From NCBI RefSeq assembly GCF_009914755.1, contig NC_060925.1: a stretch of DNA of 64,000 nt; one strand, 5' to 3'. The position numbers were made by a program, and so were the translations under genes. Source of the stretch: the human T2T-CHM13v2.0 reference genome, Homo sapiens. The notes below the pieces were generated by a model, which made no database searches, was not told the DNA's origin, and saw only the letters and a list, made by a program, of their open reading frames with translations. This document shows, piece by piece, positions 1-14,829 of the stretch. Position 1 is the first letter of the stretch, and every line of letters starts with the position of its first letter.

Positions 1-109
1 TTTATTTTAACAAATGGAGGGTAAGGAGTCAGAGAGTTTGGCAGGTCAGGGTATGTGTTATAAAATGTGATTAGAACAAAAATTTTTGACACATGTCATA
101 TTTGGGCAG

Positions 110-690
110 AGAATTAAGTGATGTGAGGGAGTGAGCTGTGTGGATCTGCAGTGGATGAAATTTTTATGCAGAGGGAATAGTCTATATGGGCTGAGGTAGG
201 AGTGTAAATGAAGTACATGGATGAGGCCACATGGAAGGACAGAGTGGAGCAGGAAGACAGAGGTGAATGTTTGAGAGGTGATAAGGAGTCAGGTCCTGTG
301 GTGCCGTATAAGCCATTGGGAAGACTTGGGCTGACACTCTGAATGGGATGGAGGAGGGACTCAGAGGAGTCTTCGGGGTAGAGGAGTTAACTGTATGGCT
401 TATGCTCAAAAATAGCTGCTGTTTTGAAGGGAAAATATTTAGGAAAACAAGGGTAGGGCCAGGGAGACCACTCTGGAGCTATTACAATAATGTAGGCAGA
501 GGGATGATGTGGCCTTACACTGGGGCTGGTAGCCACGGGGATGGTGAGAAGAGGTGGTGTTTGGACATATTTTGAAGGTTAAGGCCTTGCAGATTTGCTG
601 CAAAACTGGATGTGCAGTATGTGAGTGAGAGACAGCTGAAGGATGACTCTGAGGTGTTTGTCCTAAGCAAATGGAACAGTGGCATAATCA
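110..690 (-). mobile_element. L2 LINE fragment (ancient, degraded)
   Basis: Purine-rich sequence resembling the L2 antisense consensus (ggagacc...gctattacaataat...ggtgagaagaggtgg...tattttgaagg...ggatgactc). Confidence 0.75.
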
Positions 691-769
691 AGATGGGGCC
701 ACTGCAGAAAGAGCTGCTCCAGGCAGGGTTAGGTCCATTTGTACACAGAGCCTTCTTTGTTCCTTACAA

Positions 770-862
770 AAGTTCTGTGAATGTACTATTATTGTCACTT
801 TGAAAGGGAGAAATGGAATTTGTGAGAATATGAGTAATTTTCTCAGGATCACACAGCTAGGA
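770..862 (-). mobile_element. MIR fragment
   Basis: Degenerate MIR core (actattattgtcactttg...tctcaggatcacacagctag). Confidence 0.5.
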
Positions 863-868
863 AAAGGT

Positions 869-1265
869 TGTCTCAGTCTGAGTTGCCCTGAAAACTTGGT
901 CCGAGGAAAACTTGTGTGCAGGTGGTTTATGTGGGAAACAGAGAAGCCCAAGGTGTAGGAGTGAGAGCAGGAAAGAGGAAAAACCCATGTGAGGGCTGTT
1001 ACTGAATTTGCAGGCAATGAAAGCTAAATTCTACCAGGACTCCTTGAAGCCTCAGAATACCTGCCAGAATTGTCTGCCAGAGGATGTGAGGAGGAGCACT
1101 CTCCCTGCTTGGCTCCCGTTTCCTGGAAATTGAAGGTTGCCTGTGGGAGGGTTTACTCCCCTCACTTCTGAGCTTCACATTCGTGCAGTTCTAGAGCTTC
1201 TTCTCCATGTCTGTGGTGTCAGGAGAATCCCAGGGCAGAAAATGAAGATCTTCAGTACCATGCCA
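869..1265 (-). mobile_element. ERVL LTR, LTR16-like
   Basis: Starts tgtctcagtctgagttgccc...gtgcaggtggtttatgtggga, resembling the LTR16 antisense consensus. Confidence 0.55.
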
Positions 1266-1270
1266 GGCCA

Positions 1271-1376
1271 AATATATGTATTCATATGTATATATTCATA
1301 CAAAGTGCAACTCATATGTATATTCATATTTATATTCATATAACATACACATTCATATATATTATTACATATATTT
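1271..1376. repeat. AT-rich degenerate simple repeat (tattcatatgta-like units)
   Basis: Repeated tattcata/atatgta units seen directly. Confidence 0.7.
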
Positions 1377-1699
1377 GAATGATCGGGAGCCAGTGAAATA
1401 AAGCAATGCTTATTTATGAAAGAACCAGCCTTTGAACCCAGATTAGGATGCCCAAGCCCTTGGGTCTGAGACTCCCCAGCTGCCACAAACCTGTTCCTGG
1501 GCTCACTTTCACCATTAGCTCCACCCTTCAAGGCTCTCTTTAGTCCCACCTTGCTTTGTAATTGGGTCAGAATGATGGGGGAAGCTGTGAGTGAGGCTGG
1601 CTGATGATTTTAACTCACCTCACACTAGCTTAATTAGCACTGACCCAACCTGAAGCCTGGGACTCAAGGAAATGCACTGAAAACCTGGGGCTCGACGTG

Positions 1700-1887
1700 G
1701 TGGTATGGAGGAATGGTGCTTTGGAAATAACTCATATAATTATTCGAGTTCTGCTATTCTCATTCTTGCTGGATGTGACCTAGTTAGGTCATTCTTCATC
1801 TCTGGGTCTCCATTTTCTCACCAGTAAATGAAGGATTTAGAGCTGACCTGCATAACATTCTAACTCCAGTGTTCTGTAGTTCTATGA
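1700..1887 (+). mobile_element. MIR3/MIR fragment
   Basis: tgtgacctagttaggtca...tctctgggtctccattttctcaccagtaaatgaagga...ttctgtagttctatga. Confidence 0.6.
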
Positions 1888-3218
1888 GACTTATGATGGG
1901 TGAATAATCCTAAAAATGCATCTTTGTGGTGATAAAAAAGAAAACTCCCAAGTTTTAAACAAAAATGGCATTTTTCTGAGTACTTCTTTTCTGTGGGATG
2001 CTATGTTCCTGGGGAAATCCATGCACAATCATGCAAATTATTTCCTATTGTTTCTGCAAGTTCACCTTGTTGAAATCCAAGGCTGTAATAGCTTCAGCTG
2101 CCTGTTTGTGAAAGTAACAAAAGCAACTGGGATGATGCTAGAATGTTAAAATGCTGATGATAATCAGCATTTGGGTACACACTTGCTTTAGTTGGAGGCA
2201 ACATTTTGGCTTAAGAAGAAGACTCAAGCCTCCAGCCAGAAAACAAAAGCATAGAAAAAAAGTTATCCTTCCTACTCTCGTTTTACCCAGCTATTTAATC
2301 TCTGTAATTATTTCTGTGACTTTGAATGTTATTTTGTTTTATCAGGAACTGGAGGTCAGGATGGCAAATAGGATAATATTTTTATAAAGATTATCATGTC
2401 ATTTTCTCATTACATTCTCGGGGAAAACTGAAATGAGTTTACACAATATACGTTTTAGTACACTGGCATGATAATGGTTATAATACGTTATTTCTAGTAA
2501 GCACTATTGGCTAAGATGTTGTCATCACCCAAGCAGGTTAAATCTATGGGCTACTGAGTGTGAAATGCATTACAGTAAAAGCTTTGAGGGATGTTAATTT
2601 CTTTGGTTTAATTTCTAAAAAGACAGCTCGGATATTTCCTTGACAGGAGAGATTGCTAAATCCAGTCAACCAAGAAACAATTATGTATGTTTTAAAATGC
2701 AGAGGAAAGATGGATCAATTATCTCTTTGTTATTCCTCACAGTTCTGCATTGAGTGCCATTTAGGATTCAGAAGTTAATTCCTTACTGCATGAAGAGGGC
2801 ATCATCTATCCTTGTAATTGATGTCTTTGCACCATTTCTTTTCCCATCAATACTTTGTGTGGGAACATGCTCAACAGTGCAGCCTGTCAGAGCCAACATA
2901 AAATTGTAATTAACTGTCATGTATTGGTGGAAACCTGAAGCGAGAGAATGCATGTATCCCTTAAAGTATTTGGAGCTTTCAAAAAGTAGGCAATGTGATT
3001 TCCAGCATAAAGATGGGGCAGCTGATCAGAATGCATTTTTATGTCTGGTGCCAAGTAATAATTTGGAGAAGGGTAGGAGAATGACCCTCTCTGGAACTGG
3101 CCTTAAAGTGTTTGAGAAAAAAAAAACATTATTTCCTTCCAATAACTACAATATTGGAAAACAGTCTTTTGGGAAAGGGTAAGATTTTACTAAAAGTGAG
3201 ATTTCTTTCTCTTTCTGA

Positions 3219-3330
3219 GATAGTGACGATGGCTGCATGATATTGTGAATGTGCTTAATACCACTAAAACATGTACTTATAAATAAAGTGGTAAATTTTA
3301 TCTTAAGTATATTTTAGTATGATCAAAAAG
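3219..3330 (+). mobile_element. Old L1M (L1MB/MC-type) 3' end fragment
   Basis: gatagtgacgatggctgcatgatattgtgaatgtgcttaataccactaaa...ggtaaattttat resembles the L1M 3' UTR terminus. Confidence 0.65.
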
Positions 3331-4239
3331 ATTTATTTTTTTCCTCTATATCTTTTTTCCAAAAAAACCAAAATAATGCAACAATATATGAAAACCAAGT
3401 TAGATTAAACCTATTTGAGATTCAAGAGATAAATGTTTGTTTATTTAGGCTTACAAACTATTGGTCACTATGGCATCTGAGTTTTATGTGTCTCACTTTT
3501 TAAAAACTGGGAATCAATTTCCCTTCCAATGTTATGCTGTTTAAAAGATTAGGGCTCTTTTCTTTTTTGAGAAGAATCCAAAGTAGCCCATCTTGTTTTT
3601 TACAAAGAAGAAAAACCATTGAGAAACACTTTCTGATTTTCCTAGTTCTTACTACAAAGGAGCAGGTAGAGATGGTGGAGCTGGGAGAAATAAACAGAGG
3701 TTAAAATCCTTATATAACCATGAACTCTACTGGTAAATTGAGGTTTCTAATGTTTAAGTAACTGGTTAAGCTGGTGAGGATACCAGAGACATGCAAGACA
3801 ACCCAGGGTGGTATACGAATTTGAACAGTTGCTTGATATTTTAAAATGACAGTAATATGTTAGTGTTTATAGGCATTTGGCATAGTATTTTTTATTGGCT
3901 TAGAGGAAAATACACAATTTTATTTGATATTATTAAAAATTTATTTCCCACATTTGTTTTCTTGGTGGGCATCTTTTAGTTCTTGGCAACGAAAAGAAGA
4001 AATGCTTATGGTAGCACCAAGTGGAGAGAACAAATTGTTTCTCCTAATCCCCACAGTGAATTGTTACCACCAAGAGTCAGATTGGTTTCACATTGAGCCT
4101 TGAGGTCTTTTATTTTCGAGGTTGGAGCAGAAATCCGCTTTGTCTGCTCAGTACACTCTCATCTTCTGAACACCTAATGTATTCTTTGAAACATCTTCTC
4201 TCTCCAGTGTTTTGGGGATTACCATGTTTTGACATGTTT

Positions 4240-4686
4240 TAATTCCCTAACCACAGTGGATTGGCCCAGAAATGGATGCATGCCCTGATTTTGCCTATAG
4301 CTCATTGGCTGATGGTGGGCAAGTGAACCAGGAGTCTTTGGATGGGATTAGGGAAGGGGTGTGTGCTGGTGGTAGTGGTGGAGGTGGAAATGCTTTGTTT
4401 GAGGCCATGTTTTCCTCCTTTGTGAGGGAGAGAACAAAGTCTAGAAGCCAAGAAAAGTGGAGACAGTAAATGCAGGTAAATGAACATATATGTAGTGTCC
4501 TGGTGGCCTGTCAGACCCTACTTTCAGCCACCATGAGACATCTGTCTATCCCATTTAGATGCTGAAGTATCCCTTTGGTTATATGAGATAACCCAATTTC
4601 CTTCCATTAAATACATTTTATTTTCTTAAGCTGTGTTTTAGTTGATTTGGTTCTGGCACTTGCAACTAAAAGTCTTGGCTAATACA
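4240..4686 (+). mobile_element. MaLR LTR, MLT1 (J/K/L-type)
   Basis: Ends with MLT1-type terminus cacttgcaactaaaagtcttggctaataca; attaaa signal upstream. Confidence 0.65.
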
Positions 4687-6316
4687 AAGGTGAACCTCTT
4701 CAATGGGTACGTGAATTTTGGAATTGGATTCCTTCCTTTTTTGTGTGTACCAAGAATGGTCATCCATGAAAAATCTAAATATTTTAAAGGAGGGTTTTTT
4801 TGGCCAGCTATCCAAATTCATGATGTAATTCCTCATAGTGGAAAAAGGTCATTTTAGTCTCTGTTGAAGGGTAGGATGGGGTGGTGAGTCTTCAATCTCT
4901 GTGGTTTGGCTTCTAAGGATGGAAGAAAGAATTATGTTTTGTAAAATGCATTCCCAAAATTGGTAGCAAAGTAGATTAATATTTTGACAGAACCACTCAG
5001 GGCCTGTTAAATACTGGCAATATGTGTTTTTTTTTATTGGTCAAGATTTAAATGTAAAGGTAAGGGCATCTTTGATAGCCCCAGAATATTAAAAGTGTTC
5101 CAATTTTGAACAGCTAAAAAGAAATTAATTTCTCTATATTTCCTGCCTCATGTTGTTTTAAGAAGAAGGCTCTCACAATGCAAGTAGTGTTTTTCACTCC
5201 AGAAAGAAAAGACCTCTTTTTCCATGAAAGAAATTTTTTTTGAGAATATTTTTCAGTCTGTAAAAAGAAAGTGATATGCTGTAACATCTATCCTATGCCT
5301 TTAAAGGTTGGACGTAAAGACTGAACAATTGCAGTACAGGATCCTTAACAGAGGTGAGATCTAAAAGAAGATGAATCCCCTGGCATTGTTCTTCAGAGAA
5401 GCCCACTGTGGAGTTTCTCTTTGTTAACATGTTGCTTTATCTCAAGACGTGTTAAGGCCTTTCAAACGGCAATTCTTAGAGTCTTTTATATTTTGACTTA
5501 AGGAGTCATTCCATTAGAACAGATTTGCAAATAGGTAAAAAACAAAACAAACCAAAACAAAAGAACAATGTTTAGTAACAGTATGTGGGAACAGTGATAT
5601 CTTAAAGTGTCTGCCAGGTACATAGCTCTCCTCTCAAAAAAGCAGCTGCAGGAGGATTTGTTTCCTCAAAATGTGCTATGCTTTGTGACATAATCTGGAT
5701 ACCGTGGCCACCATTGTTTGGATTAGGGACCTGGGTCTGTCCTGGAGTAGCCATACAAAAATGAAACATGAGGATATTTGGTGAGAGAAATTTGTCAGCA
5801 GAATTCTCTATGCTGGATAGTGACTGATAAGCTAAATCTTCTCTCTATTCTTTGGCATTTGCGATGTGAGACCCAAGAAAATGTGGCAGTTTAGAGCAGC
5901 CAAGTTGAAGCAATCCTAATTTCAGCCAGAAATAGGAGCCCATGTATAGAAACCATGGGCCGTGGGGATGGTGGAACTAATTGTTTCTGTAGGGAACACG
6001 GTTTGAGGGTCCTTGGCCTCTGCTGTCTTCAATGAGTTTCCTGTTCTGCATGATACCAGGTAATCCAACTTACGGGAAGGTTTCTTGTTTCCTTACATCC
6101 CTGAGTATTCATCTATAAAGTCTCTATTACTTTAAGGTGTCTTGAGAAAATCTATTTCTTAGAATATAAAGGGAGTTAGGCAACAAAATAAGCCAATAGG
6201 TTATAACCAACTACTTTCTAGCACACTTGTAGAGGGAGATAAAAGAAAAAGTAAAATAAGTGAAATTTGTTATACTCAATACAAATTCATAATAAATAGC
6301 AAATATATATATAGTA

Positions 6317-7226
<910 letters not shown>

Positions 7227-7430
7227 AGCATTTACTTTCTGGCAGACACTAATGTACAGATACACATTTATTTAATCCTGATGACACAACCCTATAGAGA
7301 AGGTACTGTTATCATCCTTATTTCACATATGTGGAAACTGAACCACAGAGAGGTTAAGTAACTTGCCCAAAGTCACGCAGGTCATCGATGGTAGCACTGA
7401 GTCATCAGCCCAGGCATTCGGACTCCAGGG
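7227..7430 (-). mobile_element. MIR (split by the MER4 LTR)
   Basis: Core gaaactgaaccacagagaggttaagtaacttgcccaaagtcac. Confidence 0.8.
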
Positions 7431-7810
7431 TACTGGCTACGAACTGCCACGCTATATCGCTACCATACATTTCTACAGGTGTCTGACTTTATTAAAATAC
7501 TTGATAATCAGAATATGTTACCAATTATGTATGTTTTGGCCTTGGATAAATTACTTAATCAGCCTATGTTTGTTGCATTTAGCAGAACTGTATAATAGAG
7601 TAAAAGGCATTTTTCTTGCTACCTTAACATGGTTTTTGTGTGAACAGAGTGTGATCAGCGATGTCAAAACCAGAAAAAGCACTAAATAAGCATAAGACAT
7701 TATTGGAGCTGTGCTTGTAAAAACCACCCTGCAAGCCAAAGCTTATCTGCAAGATATCAATCAGAACCTGGTGACACTGCCATAGGACACATTTAGAGTA
7801 ACCTTTTTCT

Positions 7811-8038
7811 TTATTTTACTTTATTTTACTTTAAGTTCTGGGATACATGTGCAGAATGTACAGGTTTGTTACACAGGTATACATGTGCCATGGTGGTTTG
7901 CTGCACCCGTCAACCCGTCACCTAGGTTTGAAGCCCTGCATGCATTAGGTATTTGTCCTAATGCTCCCTCTCCCCTTGTCCCTCACCCCCTGACAGCCTC
8001 CGGCGTGTGTGTGTTGTTCCCCTCCCTGTGTCCATGTG
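7811..8038 (-). mobile_element. 5'-truncated L1PA (L1PA8-like) 3' end
   Basis: ttaagttctgggatacatgtgcagaa...gccctgcatgcattaggtatttgtcctaatgct; perfect 17-bp TSD tagagtaacctttttct (7794-7810, 8039-8055). Confidence 0.9.
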
Positions 8039-8932
8039 TAGAGTAACCTTTTTCTTAAGTAATGCAACCCAACCGTGAAAAATTGTTCAGCTAAAGAAAG
8101 AAAAAATAATTTGGTCTAAATTTCTAGAATTTAGACTAAAATGTTTGTACATTGGGGGTTGTGAGATCATAGATTCAGATAGTTATAGGTGAAAGGAATA
8201 CTGGAGATTAGTATAAAATTAAAACTAATGGCCACTGTGATCTTTCCTGACCTTCTAAAGATGGATCAGGCACTCTTCCCTTGTCTTTACTTAGCATTTT
8301 TAAATTGTCCTGATTAAAGGGCATGTTTTATTGTAAATACTCCTGTGCTTGCATATCTTCCTGTTGGATCTTAGAGGCTAACTTGAGGCAAAGAGAATAC
8401 ACATATTGATTGCAATTAACTGTATCCACTCTGATAGAATGGAGTTTGTAATTTAAAAAAGGGAGGGAAGTTATATTTGTTGAACACCTGAATACGTGAC
8501 AGAGATTGAGTTCATGTCATGTGTTGAATAATTTCCAAAACTGCTCATATGGGGCATTTTCTGAACCACAGATTAAACTCAGTCCAAGACTAGAGTTGGT
8601 GCAAAATCACTGAGGACAGTAACCTTGGTCCTATGGGGAAATAGTCGGCAGGGGGCAGGAGGCATTCAGAACTTGCAGCTAATCTGCCCTCACTCACGTA
8701 GGAAACTCTGAGCTTCTTTGCTGCTCTGGACTGTGAAAAAGGAATACTTGCCTGGTCATCCCATTCTAAATGTTTCTTCTGCTTTCAGCTTCATAGGCTT
8801 GGAGAAGTCTGAGGTCTTGCTGGCTTCATGGGAAATACCCTGTCCTATTTGCTCCCTGAGCTCTGAGACTATCTTGAGCTTCTATCTTTATTCCTTCATG
8901 CTCGGAGGAAGCTGCACAAGCTAGGAAGAAAC

Positions 8933-9390
8933 TGTTGCATACCCAATATCCAGCCTCCATTCTTCCTTTTTAACAGAAGACTGATTTGGGAAAACAATAT
9001 ATTTCTTAGCTCTCCCAGCCCACACCTGGTAGCTAGGGTGGTCACTGAAATATAAGTAGAATTCCTTGAGTGGGGATGGTGGGGAAATATATAAAAGGCA
9101 ATTAACTTTCTTGGGAGGCTTCTCTTTTTGCTAATTGCTTTTCCTCTTCTTACTTAGGATGCATACTTGATGTCTAGAATGCCAGCAGCCATCCTGTGAC
9201 TATGGGACAAATGTGAGGGCGGAAGCCAAGGACTGAGCATGGCAGAACAGAAAGATAGAAACAACCTTTGTCCCTAATGGCCTGGTAGATTTGTGCTAAC
9301 AATGCCTTACTGCCTACCACTCTTGTTTTTACATGAAAGAGTAAGCTACTATTCATTGAGTCACTTTACCCTGGTCTCTACTTCTGGCAG
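8933..9390 (+). mobile_element. MaLR LTR, MLT1J/K-like
   Basis: gcagccatcctgtgactatggg...catggcagaacagaaagatagaa typical of old MLT1 LTRs. Confidence 0.65.
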
Positions 9391-10929
9391 GCAAACAGAG
9401 GTCCTTTTTCTTTATTCCACATCAGCCATGTCAAGGCAGACTGAATGGAATTTAAGAATAGCATTAGAGGATTCATGACCTAATTGATGAGGAATTGTTC
9501 TGTTGGACACAGACATCCCTAAAGTCCAAAGGCCATGCTTCCTACTCCTCTCTGTCACCAAGTTGCTGGGATCTGTTACTACTCAGAGAGATCCTTCTCT
9601 TTTAATTCCTCGTTTCCTTCTCTCTTTCTGGTCCTCATAAATAGAAATGGGTGGAAAAATACCTTAACATACAAATATATTTTCTGCAGAAATCTATTCA
9701 AGCCATTAATGGGTTATTTGCATAATTTTCATCATTAATTAGTTGAAACATTTGCATTTGGACTCATTCACAAGTGCCTGGGGCTCCTCCATGGACAGTG
9801 ATCCCACACTTGACTTACTTCTCAGTGGCCAGGACAGCTCTGTCAAGGAATCCTTCTCAGAACAGAAAGTATCTATACTCAACCCTGAAAAATCCAGTTT
9901 TCACCTTTATACTCCTGGAAGCAAATGTTGGCAATTGAAGAATAACTCATTTCCTTCTAGCTGGCAAGGCTTCAGAAATAATCAAGTACGTTCTCTGAGC
10001 GCCCCTCCACATGCATCTCTCTGGTGGCAAGGAGATCCTGAGACATTTTATTGAGAAAGCAATGGAAAATGGAAGTAACTGTGTGTATTGATCAAATAAT
10101 ACTGATTTAAAATAACAAAGCATCACTAACATTTTTTTGATGAATATAGTTATATCCCGTTGAATGAGAAAGGAAAAAAATCCTTCAGTATTTGTGGGTA
10201 TGGCCATATGTTCCTGACTATGACTTCCCTACCACAAAAACTACCAACTACAATTCCTGTCTCACAGATTTTTTTTTAATTTTATGAACTCTTTCTATAT
10301 ATGTCTCCTATAAACTGTAATCTCTTCATAAAAAAGGAATATTTTCACCCTGATTCTAGCCAAGGTCTCAGAAGTGGAAGTAAATGATGAGAATTAATTT
10401 TAACTTTAACAATACAGACAGAGCATATTGTTTTATACACCAAGAAAATGAAAAACAATACTCACTGAACTTGGTTACCACTGAAATCTGTATCAAGTTA
10501 CAACAATAAACAAAAGAACTCTTAATGATAAGTAGGGCATAAGATAAAAACAAACTGTAAGTTGTTCTTTCTAATTTGCCTTTAAGACACAAGAGTAGTG
10601 TAACATGAAACGGTAACACTGACAAAAATAACCTATTAGTCAACTTTTCTGTTTTTCAATTTTCAAACTCAACGTGCTGTTAAAGTTTAATTTAAAAATA
10701 GTTATAGCTATTAAATGTCTCCAAAGCAAGCAACTTACCTGAAACTTGCTCAAAACTACTATGGAGAAAGGAAAGGAACCAGTGTTCATTTGGTTTCTTT
10801 TGTATTCCAAGCTTTTTACCTTAGTTGTTTCCATTTAATTTTCAAAACAATTCTGCAAAGGAGACATACTTAACACTATTACACATGGGACGAAATTGAA
10901 GCTCAACTAGAGGCAGTTTACCACGTTCA

Positions 10930-11424
<495 letters not shown>

Positions 11425-11694
11425 CTAATACAAATGCGTAATTCAAGAAATTAGAAGCCAAAGCCGGGCATGTTGGAATCTTTCCTACCTGAAGGTAAGG
11501 TTAGCAGTTGACTCTAGGTGGAGCATAGGCTTCATGAACACTGACAAGGCACAGTGGCCGCCCTCCATCAGCTAGAGACAGTGGGCTAGCAGTTCCCCAC
11601 GAGGCACAGAAATAGGGTAGGCCATGGATAAGGAGCTACAGCATCCAAAGAAGGGAAACCTATTTGGTTACAGCTTTCCAAACTATGTCCCATG

Positions 11695-12367
11695 TGTATT
11701 AGTCAGGGATCTCCAGGGAAACAAAACCAGTTATACACACACACACACACACACACACTCACAATTTTATATATATATATGTGTGTGTGTATATATGTGT
11801 GTGTATATATACGTATGTATGTATGTGTATATATATATACGTATGTGTATGTGTGTATAAACACACATATAAAGAGAAAGAGATTTATTATAAGGAAGAG
11901 CCTCATGTGATTATGGGGGCTGATAAGTCCCAAGATCTGTAGAGTGAGTTAGCAAGCTGGAGACCCAGGAAAGCCAATGATACTTTTCCAGTTCAAATCC
12001 AAAGGCCTGAGAAGCAAGAGAGCTCATAGTGTAAATTCTAGCCCAAAGGCTGGCAGGCCTGAGACCCAGGAAAAGCTGATGTCTCAGCTCAAGTAGGAAG
12101 ACAGAAAAAAAATGATGTCCCAGTATTGAGGTAGGTGGAGTCCCCCCTTATCTGAGGGAGAGTCAGTCTTTTAGTTCTATTCAGGCCTTCACCTGTTTGG
12201 ATGAAGCCCATCCACATGTGCTTTACTCAGTCTGTTGATGGAAATGTTTATCTCATCCAAAAACAGCCTCACAGAAACACCTAGCATCTACTCACCTAGC
12301 ATCTAAACACCAAACATCTAATCACCCCATGGCCAGTCAAAATTGGCATATGAAATTAACCGTCACA
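11695..12367 (-). mobile_element. ERVL solo LTR MLT2B
   Basis: tgtattagtcaggg...gaaattaaccgtcaca termini; 5-bp TSD ccatg/ccacg; internal microsatellite at the position typical for MLT2. Confidence 0.85.
11734..11871. repeat. Compound (CA)n/(TA)n/(TG)n microsatellite
   Basis: Seen directly inside MLT2B. Confidence 0.9.
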
Positions 12368-13479
12368 CCACGTGCTTACATTTATGTTGTGGTGGAGTAA
12401 CACCAGGCAGGACACAGGAAGGTTAAGCTTTGAGTGTCCCTTTACTAGTTACCTGCCATTGGTTTTAGTCAATTTATTTTCTCATGAGGACACTAAACTG
12501 TGAGGAGAAATGAGATGACATATAAAAGTGATTTACTGAACTGTAAAACACTTTTTAAAAAGTTATATTATTATGATCAGGGTGGTAGTTCAGAAGCATT
12601 AACTTTTCAGAGAATAGAGGATTCATACTTTGTAATCCAGGGTGTGACAGCAAGCTCACTGGCTGCTGAGGAAGCCCTTGTCTTCGGAGAGGACATTCAG
12701 TCACTTGAAGGGTGTCCTCACAGGGTGTCCTCCCAGGAGCTTCGCTGGAGGGAGGCAAGCAGGGAGGCATAACTGCTTTGCATCTGTCAAGCACTGCACT
12801 TTTTGAGTGAAGAGAAGAGCAGGCAGAGAAGCTGAGAATAGCAAGGTGTAATTACTGCATGATCCAGGCAGAGTGATTGTCTTACATCATCTCATAGGAA
12901 ATTTTTTGGCTTCCAGGTCATTTTAAGAGGCAGAGAAAATAAAAATTCCATTCACAGGAGGAAGCATATGGCGCTATTGGATTGTGGAAATGAGAGGTCC
13001 AGCTAGTGGGGCTTTGCTGGCCATGGAACTTTTCTTGCAGTTCTTTCATGCATCAAATGAGCGAAAGTTAAAGGTGAACTTAATTGCTTTTGGGTTGTTT
13101 TCAGGATGGATGTGTTTTGATATATTCCAATTTTTTTCAGCAGACATATTCCCCCTTGGAAGGGAGAAACTCTTTAATGCTGTGCATATCCTAGGTAAAA
13201 TCATTCAAGCTATTAAAATATGTTTTCAGAGAGTCAAGTTCAGAGGGAGATACTACTTATTAAATGTAAATAATACATTCTATCAGGTCGACAAACTCAG
13301 AAATTCTCTTAGACAATTTTATTTTAACATTCAAATTATTAACATGAATATTCAACTTAGTTTTTATTTTAAGACCCCATTCTGCCAAGATGACTGACTT
13401 TAATCTCAATAGATTTGGGTTCAAAGTTAAGCTTCAGGGGACTTATGTTTTCTATTTTGTCAGGTGCGGGATAGGTGGT

Positions 13480-13606
13480 TTTCTTTTTCTTCCTTTCTTT
13501 TTTTTTTTTTAATTTATTATTATTTTTTTTTAGAGAGGGTTTTTTTCTGTTTTCCAGGCTGGACTTGAGCCCCTGGGCTCAAGCGAGCCTACTGCTTCAG
13601 CCTCCT
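13480..13606 (-). mobile_element. Alu monomer fragment (FLAM/FRAM-like) with T-rich tail
   Basis: ccaggctggacttgagcccctgggctcaagcgagcctactgcttcagcctcc. Confidence 0.7.
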
Positions 13607-13622
13607 ATGGCTAAGGTTAAGG

Positions 13623-13928
13623 TTTGTTTTTGTTTTTTGTGTTTTTGTTTTTGTTTTGAGTCAGGATCCCACTTTGTTACCCAGGCTGGAGTGCAGTGGC
13701 CCTTTCATGGCTCACCAAAGTCTCAACTTCCTTGGCTCAAGCGATCCTCCCATCTCAGCCTCCCAAGTAGTTGGAACTACAGGAGCACACTACTGTGCCT
13801 CGTTGCTTTTTAAAATTTTTGTAGGGATGGGGTTTTGCCATGAGATTAGGCTGTTCTCAAACTCCTGGCCTCAAGTAACCCTTCTGGCTCAGCCTCCCAA
13901 AGTGCTGGGATTATAGGTGTACCTGGCC
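13623..13928 (-). mobile_element. AluJ
   Basis: Diverged dimer with J-type ggctcaagcgatcctccc; (TTTTTG)n tail; flanks ctaaggttaaggtt/ctaggttaggtt. Confidence 0.88.
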
Positions 13929-14299
13929 CTAGGTTAGGTTGTGATGGCTGTGGCAGGATGGGAAAGCAGGTGGATCTGGTCTTTGATATATCAACTAGCT
14001 TTCAGCTGAGATAACCATCTCTTTGTCCAAGATCTATAGCCCTTCCCATTTCACAGATATCTCTGTTGTTTTCCCTTTAATGATATCCTGTGTATCCTGG
14101 AAATCACTCATCATTTCATGGAGATATTTCTTACTCTTTTTTTTTTACAGCTATATAGTTTTACAATTCTTCTGTTTGTTAACTTCGGTAGTTTCCAGTA
14201 TTTTAAAATTACAAATACTTCTGTAATTAATGGCCTTCTTCATATGTATTTTGTGTTGTTGAAGGTATATTTTCAGTGCAAATTCTTAGAGGAATAACA

Positions 14300-14490
14300 A
14301 GGTCTCCTTGGGGAAATGCCTAACTTTGGGCCTGAAACAGGAAAGATATGAGGTAACCTGAATATCTTGTGATAGAAAGTAAGAAAGTGCTCCAAAAGTG
14401 ATAGGAGCATGACAAAAAGACACCGGAGCAAGTTTGAATGAGTTCCAACTGGTCAAATCAGGAACAATTTGAGCACCAAAATAAATAAGT
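14300..14490 (+). mobile_element. L1MC/MD 3' UTR fragment
   Basis: agaaagtaagaaagtgctccaaaa...ctggtcaaatcaggaacaatttgagcaccaaaataaataa. Confidence 0.65.
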
Positions 14491-14757
14491 GTCCAAGGCT
14501 GAATGTGAAAGCACCTTTGTCACATATGGACCAGTTCCCCTCCACAAAGGAAGTTTTGTTCTGCAGCTCCGTTCAGCAACCCATCAAGTGCTTGGTTCTC
14601 TACCTTTTGACAACAGAGGATATTGTTATGATTTTGAGTTTTTGCCTATTAGTGAAGAATGATACCTCTGTGTAATTTTAATTTCCATTTATCATACTAT
14701 AAAATAATTTGAACATTTTTTCTAGTCTGTTTTCCATTTTTCTATAGAAAGTGTCTT

Positions 14758-14829
14758 AAACCTGCACTTGTACCCTTGAACTTAAAAGTTAAATAAAATA
14801 TAATAAATGTTGTATCCCCAAAATTTTAA
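14758..14829 (+). mobile_element. Extremely truncated L1PA 3' terminus with extra tail
   Basis: aaacctgcacttgtacccttgaacttaaaagttaaa = L1PA end; TSD aaagtgtctt/aaagtatctt. Confidence 0.75.

Noticed and set aside
5600-6170. Possible LTR33/LTR16-type relic
   Set aside because: Resemblance too weak to define termini or family by eye
12984-13397. 137-aa ORF containing a possible 90-nt plus-strand exon (13105-13194)
   Set aside because: GTG start, no recognisable homology, composition typical of AT-rich chance ORFs, and a weak donor (gtaaaa)
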